In this document: piece after piece, positions 27,865-40,564 of the stretch
Numbering within the stretch: the stretch's first letter is position 1
How the letters are laid out: each line of letters opens with the position of its first letter
Assembly (NCBI RefSeq): GCF_009914755.1
Contig: NC_060934.1
Strand: one strand, 5' to 3'
DNA from: the human T2T-CHM13v2.0 reference genome, Homo sapiens
DNA: 64,000 bases
Notes under the pieces: model-generated
Databases searched by the model: none
Told to the model about the DNA's origin: nothing
What the model saw: only the letters and a program-made list of their open reading frames with translations
Translations under genes and position numbers: made by a program

Positions 27865-28309
27865 CTGGTTTCCTCAAAGCAGTAAGACACTAGAACTCAC
27901 TTTTTCTAGGTGGAGATGAAATCCGTATACTGCAGTTGAATAGCTGCCACAGCAAATAGAAATGACCGCTATGGTTTGTTCCTAATTATGGTTTTAAATT
28001 TCTATAGGATCTCTTCACTTTGGGGAGAACTTTTTCACTATTGGCTTTTGGAAATAGACATTATAGTGATTTGGCTCAAACAGAAAAAAAAGGCTTCTTT
28101 CTGAAAAATCTAGAATTTTCATCAGTTTTGCATTCATTCTAATTAAACGTAGGTGTAATATTAAAGTGAAGTAACCTCATCCTCATTTCTTAGGAAAAAC
28201 ATCAACCAAAACCGTATTTTTCATGTTTCATTTCAGTTTCTCTAAAGTATCAGTGCACTGTCCATCATAAGCAATTGAAAGAGTTTGTGCTAGTAACTGC
28301 TTTGCAGGA

Positions 28310-28502
28310 TATCAGAGTGAGTTCAGACAGCCTGAGTTTGTTCCCCATCCCACCATTCAGTGACTCTGTGACTTTCAATTCCTCAGTTTCCCTTATCTGT
28401 ATCACAAGCACTTGCTTCACAGAACGTTAGGAGGGTGAATTTAGCGAATGTTGTTAGAACCATGTCAGCTATGAAGCATGTGCTCAGTAGATATACTCAT
28501 TA
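28310..28502 (+). mobile_element. MIR
   Basis: cagacagcctgagtttg...cctcagtttcccttatctgta core. Confidence 0.7.
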
Positions 28503-29287
28503 CTCTGGAGACTGATCAATATAGTCTCAGTAGAACTCTTTCTGAAGACAGACTTGGTTTCAATGAACAATTTAATCAATGGGAAATATTTTGTAGAAAT
28601 AGAGAATTTAACAAACTCTTGGATTATCCAATGCTGCATGATAAATTGATGGAGTCAGAAGACAAAGTGCAATGCAGGCTTACTGGGTAAAGCCCAAATT
28701 CCTCAATCTTTTGGAAATGAGAAGAAGGACGCTTAAAGCTCATTATTGTCATGGATCTGGGAGGTTTTTACAATTCCCAGGAAGGTTTAGAGGAAGGTTT
28801 AGATGGCTATTAATGTAACTGACCCCAGGCGACTCTGACCCAGGAAGTTCACAACAGCCTTCCCAATGAATCAGGTCAAAAGGTCACCTTTTTTTTTTTT
28901 TTTTTTTTTTTTCAGAGAACGGGGAAGATGCTAATGTGGGAACTGGTTAGGAGAGCATCTGGACATTGCTATTCTTAATTATTCTGGAAGCAAAGAGCAG
29001 AACAGTTGAATCACTTTAATGAGAGTTACAACTTGCTGAGGTTAAACCAGTGTCCGCATCTGGGAACCCATGCAAACTATTCAGGAGGTAAAGAAAGAGA
29101 CCAGGAAGGTAGATAGAAAAATAGGGAACTCACTTTTTAGGATTTTTTCGAGCCTATTTTGTTAATATCAGTATCTATCCTTCCCTTTGTATTCTTGTGA
29201 GTCTTCTTTTCAATTTCTTCTAAGGGACTTGATACAAGCTTGGGTTTGGGACATGTTCTTACTAATGGACCAAAGGATAACATCAAT

Positions 29288-29510
29288 AGCACCAGGTACC
29301 TGTTCTACACCACATGCATCATATGTATCATCTCAGTTAATCTTCACAATAATCTTGTAAGGATGAGACTTGAACCTTCATTTGACAGATGAGGAACCTA
29401 ACGCTCAGAAAGGGTAAGCAATTTGCTTAAAGTTACACAGCTCAGACATGGCAAGTTGAAGTTTAATCACAGGTGCACCGGAGTTCAATGCCTAGACCCT
29501 TTCCTCTGCT
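29288..29510 (-). mobile_element. MIR
   Basis: catttgacagatgaggaacctaacgctcagaaagggtaagcaatttgcttaaagttacacag core. Confidence 0.8.
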
Positions 29511-31254
29511 TGTTCCAGGGTCTCAGAGGAGGAAAGGAGAACAATTTATGTCAGATAAACTTATTTGCCCAAAACATGTGTAGGAATTTACGTCACTGCA
29601 CTCATTTCTACAGCCTCGTTTGTTCACAAAATGCTCTAATCACAGATAAGTGGGAGCCACCTTTCTGAACAGAGAATCGTTGGAGTAACTTCAAAGCCAC
29701 CAGAAATGTAGGGGAGTTTGGGATAGAACCTTGAAATAATTTTTGGTTACCAGTAAGCACAACAAATAAAACAGTGAAGTCATTCGTAGGAAGATGTGAG
29801 AAAGTGTTTAAAACACAACTTTTGAGAGTTAGAAAGACCTAGAAAGAGTATCACTGGTTCCCTTGGGGATTTCACCAGTCCTTAGCTACAACACAGTCAG
29901 TTGTATAGAGCTTTCGGATGTGCGTATATGTACAATTTCGAAAAAGTTCAATTGGTTCAATTGCAGAAAGCTGCCCCAATCTGCACATGGGCCAATTTCC
30001 ATTTGGTGCTGAAACAGTTTTATAGAAATTGCAATAATGTAGCCCACTCGCTGCATGGACAGAAGCTGCCTATTTCAAGTTAGGTGTTCATTCAATTTTC
30101 TTGTCCTTTATTTCTATATTTAGTTTATTCCCTTCCAAAGATGTGTAACGATAAGAAAGAGAGAAGAAGTAAGGAAGGAAGATATTTTCTTTTCTCTATA
30201 TGTGTGTTTTATCAACACAGCCTCAGCTTGAGATCTCTTGGGAAAAGCATTTCAAGACAGGCAGAATGATGTCCTTCCTGCCACAACATAATTTTCCAGT
30301 TGCCAGGGGAAAACTACATATTGTACCCAAAACAACAACCGAGAGAACAGATAATAATCACTCCCTAAGAGCACTTGCTTCAGCTTCTCTCAGAAAAGGC
30401 TGCAGAAACGATCTTGAAGTTACTATTAACTCTGTATTTTAAAAGAGACAAAATGGATTCCTGTCCTTCCTTGCTGGAATGGCTGTATCGCTTTCTGCAG
30501 TCAGGGTCTCCATTTTTACTTAACAAAATCTAGCACGGCTGGTCTAAAGGTATGGGAACAGTGAAAGGGGCGGATCAAGAGAAGTCTGCTGAGGGGTTCA
30601 AATTTCTTTCTTGGTCCTCCCCCCAAGATGTTCTTGTCAGGTGCAAAAATCCTGTGATCTGCACAGCAATGCGTGTGAAAACCACATGTTTTGATGCAAT
30701 ACAACTGTCCTTGCACAATTCTTATCCGGAAGCTTATAAGAAAAGTGCGATTTTCTTAGAAGCACTCGTATTGAATGTAAGTGTATCCTTTCCCCAATAC
30801 TCAGAATGTTGTGGTTCAGCAGCAGTGACCAAACCCCTCAAGTAGCTGCCCTATGAAAACAAATCCCCCCTGCAGCTGGGTTTTTTTTTTCTTTTTTTTT
30901 TTAGGAGCCACACAGGCCAACATCCTAAGGATTTTTGCAAACTGTAGCACTGAGTGGCTCTGCCCTCTCAGGCCTCCCTTAATGAAGACCTCTTGGAGGA
31001 CTCATATTGAGCTATTATTGCAGGCATTGCCAAAGGCTTTCTTCACCCCCACCTGTGAGCTCTGCAAAAAACCCAGAAGTGGTTGGCACTATTTTTATCA
31101 AAAGCAAATAAAAAATAATAATTTCCTCAGGATATACATCCTCTCAGAAAAGAAAAAAAAATTTCTCGTTTTGACAGAAAAAGGAAATGTATAAGCAAGT
31201 CAGTGGAGAACTTTCTTCATTTTTAAATTATCGACTTTCCTCCGACTGTGGCGG

Positions 31255-31625
31255 GGTAGAGATTCTTAGGCTTGAAAGGGGTCTCTTGAGGTTGCCCAAT
31301 TCTCTCCCCATAGCTTTGATTCCAGCAGATAAGGATCTAATTTCTCAACCTGCCAAGAATGGAGATTGCCCAAGGTCCCTTGGTACCTCATTCCAGTGTT
31401 TAACAGCCCTCACTGTCATGAAACGCTTCTCGGTGCCTAATGCAAGCCCCCAGTATTGTAATTTTGTGTCTCCTTCCTGCTGACACGTCCTCAGGGAGGT
31501 GCAGTCCATCTCCTTCCGATCGCCCTGTGTCAAGGTCCTTCCTAAACTTGAAGACTCAGAGACAATGACTCCTCGCTCTTCCCTATTCCAGAGCGAAAAC
31601 AGAAATTTACTTTCTTTAATTTCTC
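31255..31625 (-). mobile_element. CR1/L3 LINE 3' end
   Basis: ORF 31345-31533 contains KRFMTVRAVKHWNEVPRDLGQSPFL, matching the CR1 ORF2 C-terminal motif (FFTVRVVKHWNxLPxEVVESPSL). Confidence 0.82.
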
Positions 31626-32745
31626 CTTTTGAGTGTTAGGTCTAACTCATTTGTGACTTGCCTCTCAACTCTGGCCCCCCGACCCCGTCTACTTTTGCCT
31701 CCTTACTTCTGAAGAGAACTCCAAAGTCTTAAGGGAAGATCACCCTAGGGTTCCCTCTACTACAATGTTCAGATTTATTTTTCACATCCAGAAATAACTC
31801 AGTTAACTCAGGGTCGTGAGGAAATTTTTGGGCTGGCTCCTCCTAAAACTAGTATGGGGAAGGATTTTTTTAGTTTTGTGAACCTCTGGGAAATTAACCA
31901 AAAACTCCCCCACAGAATGTATTAAAAACAAGAGGCCTGAATCATCTATTTTCGGGTCTGTGTTATGGTTGGATTTTTAAAGGTGAAAAATAGCTGGTAG
32001 AATTAATATTGAATAAAAAAATCAGCGGTGGCTTCATATCTTGTCCTGGCTATGTTAATAGGAGAGGCATAATTTGTCACTCTGAAATATTAAAATTCTA
32101 CATAAATGGGTACTCCTTATGGATTGATGAGTCAACTGAAACAGAAGGAAGGAAATTGTATGGTTCGCTAGAGTCTTGCAAAGTTCAATGGAATCTTCCA
32201 TAGAGTCCTTCATGCTAGTCTTTACTCACCAGTTAAAGCCCAGTGGCCACCCACCATATACGTAGCTACCCTGGAGATGTGCTGGGGCACTTTACCCAGT
32301 TTTGAAATACATCTGGATGTTCCTAACTCAGGGCTTTATATCTGTGAAATTTTGATTAGCATGTGCTGAGCAACTGCTTGGCGTTAACTTTTCATATGTG
32401 AAATAGAAATTACGGACATGCTGAAGAGACACTTTAGGTTGGACACTCCCACTCCAGAAATAAATCAATGAGACCATTCCAGATTTTTCAAGCATCTTAA
32501 ATAAAGGAAATTCCAGCTCGCCATGCGAAATCCTTCTGTAGAGAAAAGGAAGTGGCCCAAGCCGGCAACTTATTCTGATGAACAGCTTGTACATTCAGAA
32601 CAAAAGTGAGAAGCTTCATGGTTGTAAAGAAAAGTGGTAATTAAATCATGCGTCAAAGTGCACTCAAAATATTCTTTTTAAAAGCTTATACATGACAGCA
32701 CAAGAGGTTGCTAGTTACATGTATTGTTTTTAAAAATAAACATTA

Positions 32746-33144
32746 TTAGGTTCATGCAAAAGTAATCTCAGTTTTTGCTATTACTTTTATTTATTTATTT
32801 ATATAAATTTTTAAAGTTCTGGGGTACATGTGCAGGATGTGCAGGTTTGTTACATAGGTAAACGTGTGCCAGGGTGGTTTGCTGCACCTGTCAACCTGTC
32901 ACCTAGGTATTAAGCCCCATGTGCATGAGCTGTTTTCCCTAATGCTCTCCCACCTCTGCCCTCCTCCAACAAGTCCCAGTAAGTGTTGTTCCCCTCCCTG
33001 TGTCCATGTATTCTCATTGTTCAGCTCCCACTTATAAAGGAGAACATGTGGTTTTTGGTTTTCTGTTCCTGCGTTAGTTTGCTGAGGATAATTCGCCATT
33101 ACTTTTAAATGGCAAACACTGCATTTACTTTTGCACCAACCTAA
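32746..33144. mobile_element. MADE1 split by an L1PA insertion
   Basis: Left TIR ttaggttcatgcaaaagtaat; right TIR ttacttttgcaccaacctaa; TA TSDs. Confidence 0.9.
32790..33093 (-). mobile_element. 5'-truncated L1PA 3' end inside MADE1
   Basis: ttctggggtacatgtgcagg...gtttgctgaggata; TSD gctattactttt/gccattactttt. Confidence 0.92.
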
Positions 33145-36038
33145 TAGTTACATTTTTAGAACATTTACTTCCATGGACTAGGAAACCTAAGATGTTATCT
33201 AATTAATTTTTATAAATGAGGTCTGGTTGGGCTGCGGGTTGGTTGGACGGGTTATTGCCACTTACAAATGGATAAAAGTGAAAGGAATTTAATAGTCTTT
33301 TCTAAGGTCACAAATGGCTCAGTGGTGGGATGATTAATTCACACCCATGTGGGCGTCAGGGGACTAACATCCTATTTCTCTTCTGAACTATATTATCCAG
33401 GAGACCTCCATAGGCCAAAGGCTTAGGAGAATTCCTGATGTCTTCTCTTCTCCACTGCTGGGTGGTGATGTTATCCATCCAAGAAGATAAAAATCATAGA
33501 ATATTTTTTTTCTATGATATTCATTCATTTTTGAATGAATCTTGGAGATACTTTAATGCAGCTTTCTTCTTTCTATAGATAAGCCAGCTTATGCCTCTGA
33601 AAGGTTATCCAAAATCAGGCACACATGATTAAGAGCAAAATAGGGACCACAACGCAAGACTTCTGGCTCTTCTACTACAGCAACTGAAAGCAACAGTGAA
33701 CATTACTTCATTTATGGTGTAATAAAACCAACTTCAAAGTCCATTTAGGCCCAGATGACTCTTGGTCTCATGCTTGACACTTCTGTTACCTATTTGAGGC
33801 TTACTGTTCAAAATATTCATAGACTGTACTTAAGGTACCATGTGTTCCTTCTGGTAAATCAAAAGTAGTTTTTATGTTATATTTAGGGGCAGATTTCATC
33901 TACTAGCATAAAACATTATGATAAACTCTCCCCACCCCCTAACAAAGGCATTTCATTCCACATGTCGTGAGCAACTGCTTGCAGAGAACATGCACCATGT
34001 GAAAAAGTAATTATTGCCTTGCCTAAGGAATGAAGCTGACTCTATCAGCATGTCCAGGCTTTTGCAGATAAGTGAGCAAAACCATGGCTTACTAAGAACA
34101 CTGCAATTTTTTTTTAACCTTTTGAAAATTCATTCTTTTCTAATGATTAGTTATGGGGAAAAGTGAGTTAAGTACTGCTTGACAGTTTGCTCTATAGAAG
34201 CTCTGTAATATCACCTCTCCTAGTCTTCTTTGATATAGAACCAACCATCTGTATCGATGACTTCTTTCCCTCTTTAATAAGTTGTAAATTGAACAGCATA
34301 ATTCTTCCCATGTCCAAGACTAGTCAGCCAAAATACTGTGTTCGGAATTTGGCTGGCTGTATGTTATAACTTGTCTGTCATCACTTTCTTTCATTACAGC
34401 CCTGTGGTTGGTTTTTGTAGACTTTAAGGATCCGTTCGCTAGTGATTCATTTCATTTGGGTATATGCTACATGTTATTCTGTGCTTGTGTTAGACCAAAA
34501 TGTCACATTCCACAAGTGTGTCCAGATGATCACTAAGCATTGGAAAGGAGTCAGTTTTGGAGTTGGCCGAGCTTCCTTCTATAAGACTTGTCTTTCAACA
34601 ATTGATAAGGTTGATCAAATCTTTCAGCTTCGATCTGTTGTGTCCTTATTTCATAGAAATGGCCCATTTTTGAGTCTTAGAGTTTACTCTCTTTTTACTT
34701 GTGAATATATCTGAAATGAACACTTACTAAGACATAAATTCCAGTGAAAGAAGGGTCTTTCCTTTTGATTATCCTCTTTTAGAACTCTCCAGAAAAGGAA
34801 TGGACAATCTTTTAAAGAGAGGCCTCTTTGTTAGTGGAAGTATTTATCAAGAGAATGGATTTCCACGTTAATCAGAGATTGCAATAGGAACTTCCTAAAA
34901 CTCCTTCTGAAGTTAAGATTTCTTGAAACTCTTCTCAAACACTTGGTTTAATGTAGGGGGCGGCTAGAGGAAGTTGAATAAATATAAAGAGCAAGTTTTT
35001 GTTTTGTGATCATTATTTTTAGTTTTACTTGAAAAAGTAAAGGTGTTCTTCATTGGTTTTTGTTGAAAGAGTCCTACAGGATAAGGCTTTTGTTTTGGAA
35101 CAAGAGAAGAGCGGTTGAGCTTGTTTGGTGTGTGGGAAACAATTTTAAAGTGTGACAGATATTTCTGTAGCAGATTCTTCTGCAGCAACAGCCAGAGACT
35201 GGTTTATTGTTTCAGTAGGGAAGTAGGTATCTAAGTCAAAGGTAAGATGGGGCAGATATGCAGATTGTCTCCTCATCTATTTACGAGGTAACCTTTTTCT
35301 AAAGCCAGAAAAAAACAGCTAATCGTTGCATCTTCTGGTTGAGGTGGTAAACAACTCAGTTATCAACCGGCAGAGCATAGCTGTTGGTTTATAATTCAAG
35401 TCAACCGTGCAGGAAGGAGGGAAGTAGAGGAGATGCAGTTTCATTTCCCATTAACTCCCCTGACCTGAATTAAGGTGGGAACTGAGGAGAACATCTGTAA
35501 AAATAACAGCATGCAAACTGTACAAGGACAGGGCCATGCCCAGTTAACCCGCTGTTTGAGGTCTAAATACTTTTTGGTTATTGTGCAATATGAGTAAAAC
35601 ATCCTCAGAGATGAATCATAGCTCTAGAATTTTAGATTATCACTGCATATGACAATATAAAAAAATCCATGCTCCATTACACCAATTTAATAAAGCAATG
35701 TGGCATCTACCTGCCTGAACACCAAAGACACGCAACCTTATGAAAAGAAAAAAAAAATCCAAATATTCATTCTTAGAGAATCACGATTTCATTGACTGGA
35801 TCAGTGTCGGCTGCCTTCAGTATAAAAACAGGACAACTTTGAATATATCAGAGACTCTCCAAATATCATCATGGAGATTTACTAGGAGCCTTCATAAATA
35901 TAGTGAGTAATAAAGCAATTTCTAGGGACTATATAGTAATCTTGAATTCTGTGATTCATATAAATGTGAATTATTAATAGAAAATAATCAAAATGATTTA
36001 ATAAAAGTACATGTGTTCACATAGAAAGGGGGAAGAGA

Positions 36039-36359
<321 letters not shown>

Positions 36360-36414
36360 TTAGATATTAGAAAAAATCTGAGATTTCATTGCTTTTTCTA
36401 TAAGTTATAAGGTG

Positions 36415-36560
36415 ATACCATGGAACTGTGGGCAAGTCCCTCAACAATCTAAGCTTCCATTTCTTGATCTCCAAAACAGTGGCACCGAGGTTTGCCTTGC
36501 TTACTGCCTTGAGAAGTTCAGGAGAGACAGTGCTTGTGAAAGTGTGAGTCAATTACTATT
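36415..36560 (+). mobile_element. MIR fragment
   Basis: tgggcaagtccctcaacaatctaagcttccatttcttgatctccaaaa. Confidence 0.6.
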
Positions 36561-37110
36561 TGTTTTCTTGCATGTGGCTTGTAAGGAAGTCAGATAACAT
36601 AAGAGAAGTGAGTGACTGAGTGTTAAAGTGAATTACCAAGGATGCTGGAACTTGAAATGCTTTTGTGTGTAGCAATGCAGGCCGAGCTGCCACGTGCTAT
36701 CCTGTGTGTCCCCGCTCTCCCCGCGTTGCAAGCCCGCAGAATGCCCCGCATCCACTGAGCCGTGGCCAGCCCTACGGTGGGCAAGCCTATCAAGCGCAAA
36801 CATTGGGAGGGTTCTGACTCTCAAGTGTCTTACAGAAAATAGAGCCAGGAGCTCCATCTGGCACTCCATTTGCTAAATGTCCCATTGATGTCAAACGCCA
36901 GGAAATGTGGCTGTTTAAAATCCCAGGGAATAAGATTTCCACTCAGCAGCTTTCTAATGTACGCGCAGCACTCTGCGAAGCAAAAGCCCTTGCTGAGCAG
37001 TCTGGTCACAGCCCCTTACACACAAGCTCTCTGGGCCTCCACTAAGAAGTACAAAGACACAGGGCAGAGGAAAATGGACTTATCAGCTCCAGTGGCTTAA
37101 AATATGCCGG

Positions 37111-37129
37111 ATGCCAATAGAGGGCACTG
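37111..37129 (+). promoter_or_regulatory. Candidate CTCF site
   Basis: CCAATAGAGGGCACT matches CCASYAGRKGGCRCT with one mismatch. Confidence 0.5.
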
Positions 37130-37374
37130 TTGCATATCCACAAAAGCCCACGCTCCGCAACCTAGCAAGACCACCAAAGCACTCACCTCCTTCCACACTC
37201 TGGCTGCAGTCCTAATGATGAACAGGAGCGATTAAAGTGGCAATCCCACAAAACACGGCTTCTGGTCAAAGTTCATGACTGCTTCATCACCACTTTGATA
37301 TTTGCAAAGGGGCTTCATGATCATTTTCAGTCCTGAGTCATCTCCAGTACTTTTCTGCAGAATGCTAGATCTCT

Positions 37375-37490
37375 TAGCTTCACTTTTCAGAAGACTGAAA
37401 TCCAGAGAGGTTAACTAGATGACTTGAGCCCATTCAGTCCAGAACTAGACAGAGATAGAAAACTCAGGGTTCCTGAATTCTACGCTGGAG
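37375..37490 (-). mobile_element. MIR fragment
   Basis: gaagactgaaatccagagaggttaact...cagggttcctgaattc. Confidence 0.5.
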
Positions 37491-37626
37491 AGTTTTCAGA
37501 ACGGTGCATTGCGAGCTTTGAATGAAAAACATCAACAGCCTGCATCCGCTCTTGACTCTTTAGGGGAGGTTGTATGGCTTGGTGATTAACTGGGACTTCA
37601 CAGGCAGGACTCCTGTCCCCACCACC

Positions 37627-37962
37627 TCCTAATTGTCGTTTATCCCAGTGGAAGTTGATAACTGATAACCAAACCTGCAAGTGAGGCCCATTCTGCAGCC
37701 CAAGAAGGAGTTAGGGAGGGATAGGAAACAGACACATAAAATCAGGCCAAATAGTGAAACTGATTGGAGTGCTTTGGGGTATCAATGTTGTATCCTAATT
37801 GTCCTTTATCACAGTGGAAGTTGATAACTGGTAACCAAACCTGCAAATGAGGCCCATTCTGCAGCCCAAGAAGGAGTTAGGGAGGAATGGAAAACAGACA
37901 CATAAAATCAGGCCAAATAGTGAAACTGATTGGAGCGCTTTGGGGTATCAATGTTGTATCCT
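37627..37962 (+). repeat. Tandem duplication, 2 x 166 bp
   Basis: Copies start at 37627 and 37793; ~8 substitutions and no indels; TCCT microhomology at the junction. Confidence 0.95.
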
Positions 37963-39079
37963 TCAGCGATCCCTCTCAACTATTAGTTAACTGAGAACAG
38001 ATTGCCCCGAACTTGGGAGCTGTCAGATCTGTTTCTTGCACTCTCCCACCATTGACCCCTGACTCCTACAGAATCTCATTTTGCATCCCACATTCTGAAG
38101 GCATTGAATCATTTTTTTTGGCTAAGCACATGTTGGCTCTGGAGTCGCCTATATACAGAGTCTTTGCTGCTGCATTTGAGGCCTGGTGACATGTTATATT
38201 ATGTAATGTTCTGGCAGTTAAGGAAAACTCACGCCCTCCCTGTTATGTATGAAGTGTCATCTCTAAAGCAGAGACTATTTCTTGCAAAATGGCATTGATA
38301 AATGGATAAACGAAACCAACTGACAACATCCCCGTAACAATGCAGTATCCTTCACTGCCAGTTTATTTCTAGAACACCATTAGGCAAAAAAGAAGGCTTT
38401 GTGGCCTAAGTAGGTGTTTTCATATATTTCGGAATGACAAATTAAGACGACAAGGATTTTCAGTCAGGCCATGACAGTAAATGTGCGCTTGTCACTTGTT
38501 GTAATGCTGTCCGGCAGGCCATAAGGGCCAGGCTTTACTGCATGGCACATTGGGGAGCCAAATCTCTCTGGTGGCATCTTTCTGTCTGGCACCTCACTCA
38601 AGTTAGAAAACTCAACCTAGAAAAGACTGTTGGTCCCTACATGGGCAAGTGTTACTTTCGCTATTACTAAACCCTGTGCCAGTCTTGGGGCAGTCGGAAA
38701 GGGTGGAGGAAAACAGGGTGCTTTGATGGCTCTGGCCTGGTCTCAAGTGACACACCCTAATCTGAAGGGTTTGTGCCCACATCCTCTCCGCTGCAGCTGG
38801 GTGGCTGTTGGCAATCACCTTTGCAAGCACTTGTGTGTACCATGCCAGCGGTTGCTCGTGCCAATTAGAACTCAGCTGGATCTTGATATAAATGGGCCAT
38901 AGGCTAATCGTTCTGGGATACATCTTAAATTAGTCTGAGAGAGTCAGAGACCACTGTAAAACCATTTGGCCCAGAGTTTGTGCAAGTTTCTCTGATCCAA
39001 AATGGCACCTTGGTATCCAGCTGTCTTGGATGCAGACAACTCTTTCACCTCGGGTCATCATCAAATGCCAAACACAAAA

Positions 39080-39170
39080 GAAATCCTAACCTCTCACTTT
39101 ACACAAGAGGAGGCCAAGGCTCAGAGAATTGTAAAGACTTGCCACCAGGTTGTGGCAATGTGCAGTGAAG
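39080..39170 (-). mobile_element. MIR core fragment
   Basis: cactttacacaagaggaggccaaggctcagagaattgtaaagacttgcc. Confidence 0.55.
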
Positions 39171-39319
39171 AACACAGTCTATTTCTGGCATCAGAAGGGC
39201 TCAAGTTTGGTTCTCCCAGGCACTGTTTGACAGAACCTCCCTGAGTCTTGGATTACTTTTTGTAACCTTCTGAGTTGTTGAGCAGGTGACATGCAGGAAC
39301 ACAGATATTTTAGTGTGCC

Positions 39320-39400
39320 CCCAATTGCCTGGGATACTGGTTAAATATGCAGATTTTTGGACCCCTGGCCCCCACCAGAGACTTGGATACAGTTTTTCAG
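39320..39400. mobile_element. MER5-like hAT-Charlie fragment
   Basis: ctgggatactggttaaatatgcagatttttggacccc...ccagagact. Confidence 0.55.
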
Positions 39401-40319
39401 GTTTGTTTTTTGTGGAACACTGTAGGGACAAATGGGAGTGTTTGCTGTGTCAGTGGCACAGCCTCTGATCCTTGTTCTATTCACTGTTCGCCTTCTAGTT
39501 TCAGCTCAGCTGTAGACAGATGCACTCCTGAGAATGTGACTGAACTTTACTAAGTAGGAATCACTGTAAACCTTATTCACCATCTACTCCACCCCCACCA
39601 CTCGTCTTTTCTGGGTCACTACTTCTCCCTTGCGTCTAGTCAGCATATAGAAATAAAGATTGTGTCTACCTTTATTATACCCACTAGAAGGCCTGACATA
39701 GAAAATAAACGTGAGCCCATACCTATTATAGAGAGCAGAGGCCATTATGCCTTAACTTGCTATGTTCTGTTGCTACCATAGAACTGGACAAAGATGGAAC
39801 TTTCATTCTAGTGGCTGGTCCATGGAGATATTCTGTGGTATTCAAAAAATCTTGGGGCATCTTTAGGGTCTAACACTTCCATTATTCATGCAATGTGACG
39901 CACTTGTATTTGGCATTTAAGTATACATGCATGCAAATATTTTACCTCAAACACAATGGTACTAAATATATTTTTATTTCTAATTCTGACTACAACCAAT
40001 TTTCTACCATTTTTCTAGAACCAGAAAAATCAAAGTCAATGAAAGTAGCGAGAAGAACATTCACTGTGTAGTTTTCTGTTGTGCCTACAATCTGAGTTAT
40101 TTATTTTAAAATTACATACTTCAAAATATTCCAACCCTGCCCAAACACTTTATAAAGACTCAGCTTTAAAAAAAAAGTTCTGATTTTGTTTACTGAAAAG
40201 GCAAAATTACAATCAAGGAACATTGGAGAGAAAATAATCTGCTATTCAGACACATCAGCTGATTTTATTCTTTTCAATTTTCTTTTTGTCCTTGTCCATA
40301 TACTTGCAATTCAAGGAGG

Positions 40320-40480
40320 TTTGTTTTCTAGTTTCAGCTCAGCCATTAATAAGTATGATCCTGAGAAAGGAGCTTAACTTTAATAAATAGGAATAAACGT
40401 TTGTCTTATTGATGCCATTGGGTAGTTGTGGGGATTCAGAAATAAGGCAGGTGAAAATGTTTTGCATACTATAAAGTGCC
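40320..40480 (+). mobile_element. MIR fragment
   Basis: ttctagtttcagctcagccattaataagtatgatcctgag...gttgtggggattcag...aaaatgttttgcatactataaagtg. Confidence 0.55.
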
Positions 40481-40564
40481 CTAGATGTCAAAATAATTGT
40501 TATTTTGATCTAAGACTCTCATTTCATGACTATATCTTCTGTCTCTCCACAAGCTGTTGACATC

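Noticed and set aside
39493-40343. Identical 18-mer ttctagtttcagctcagc at 39493 and 40326
   Set aside because: Both look MIR-derived and the flanks do not align.
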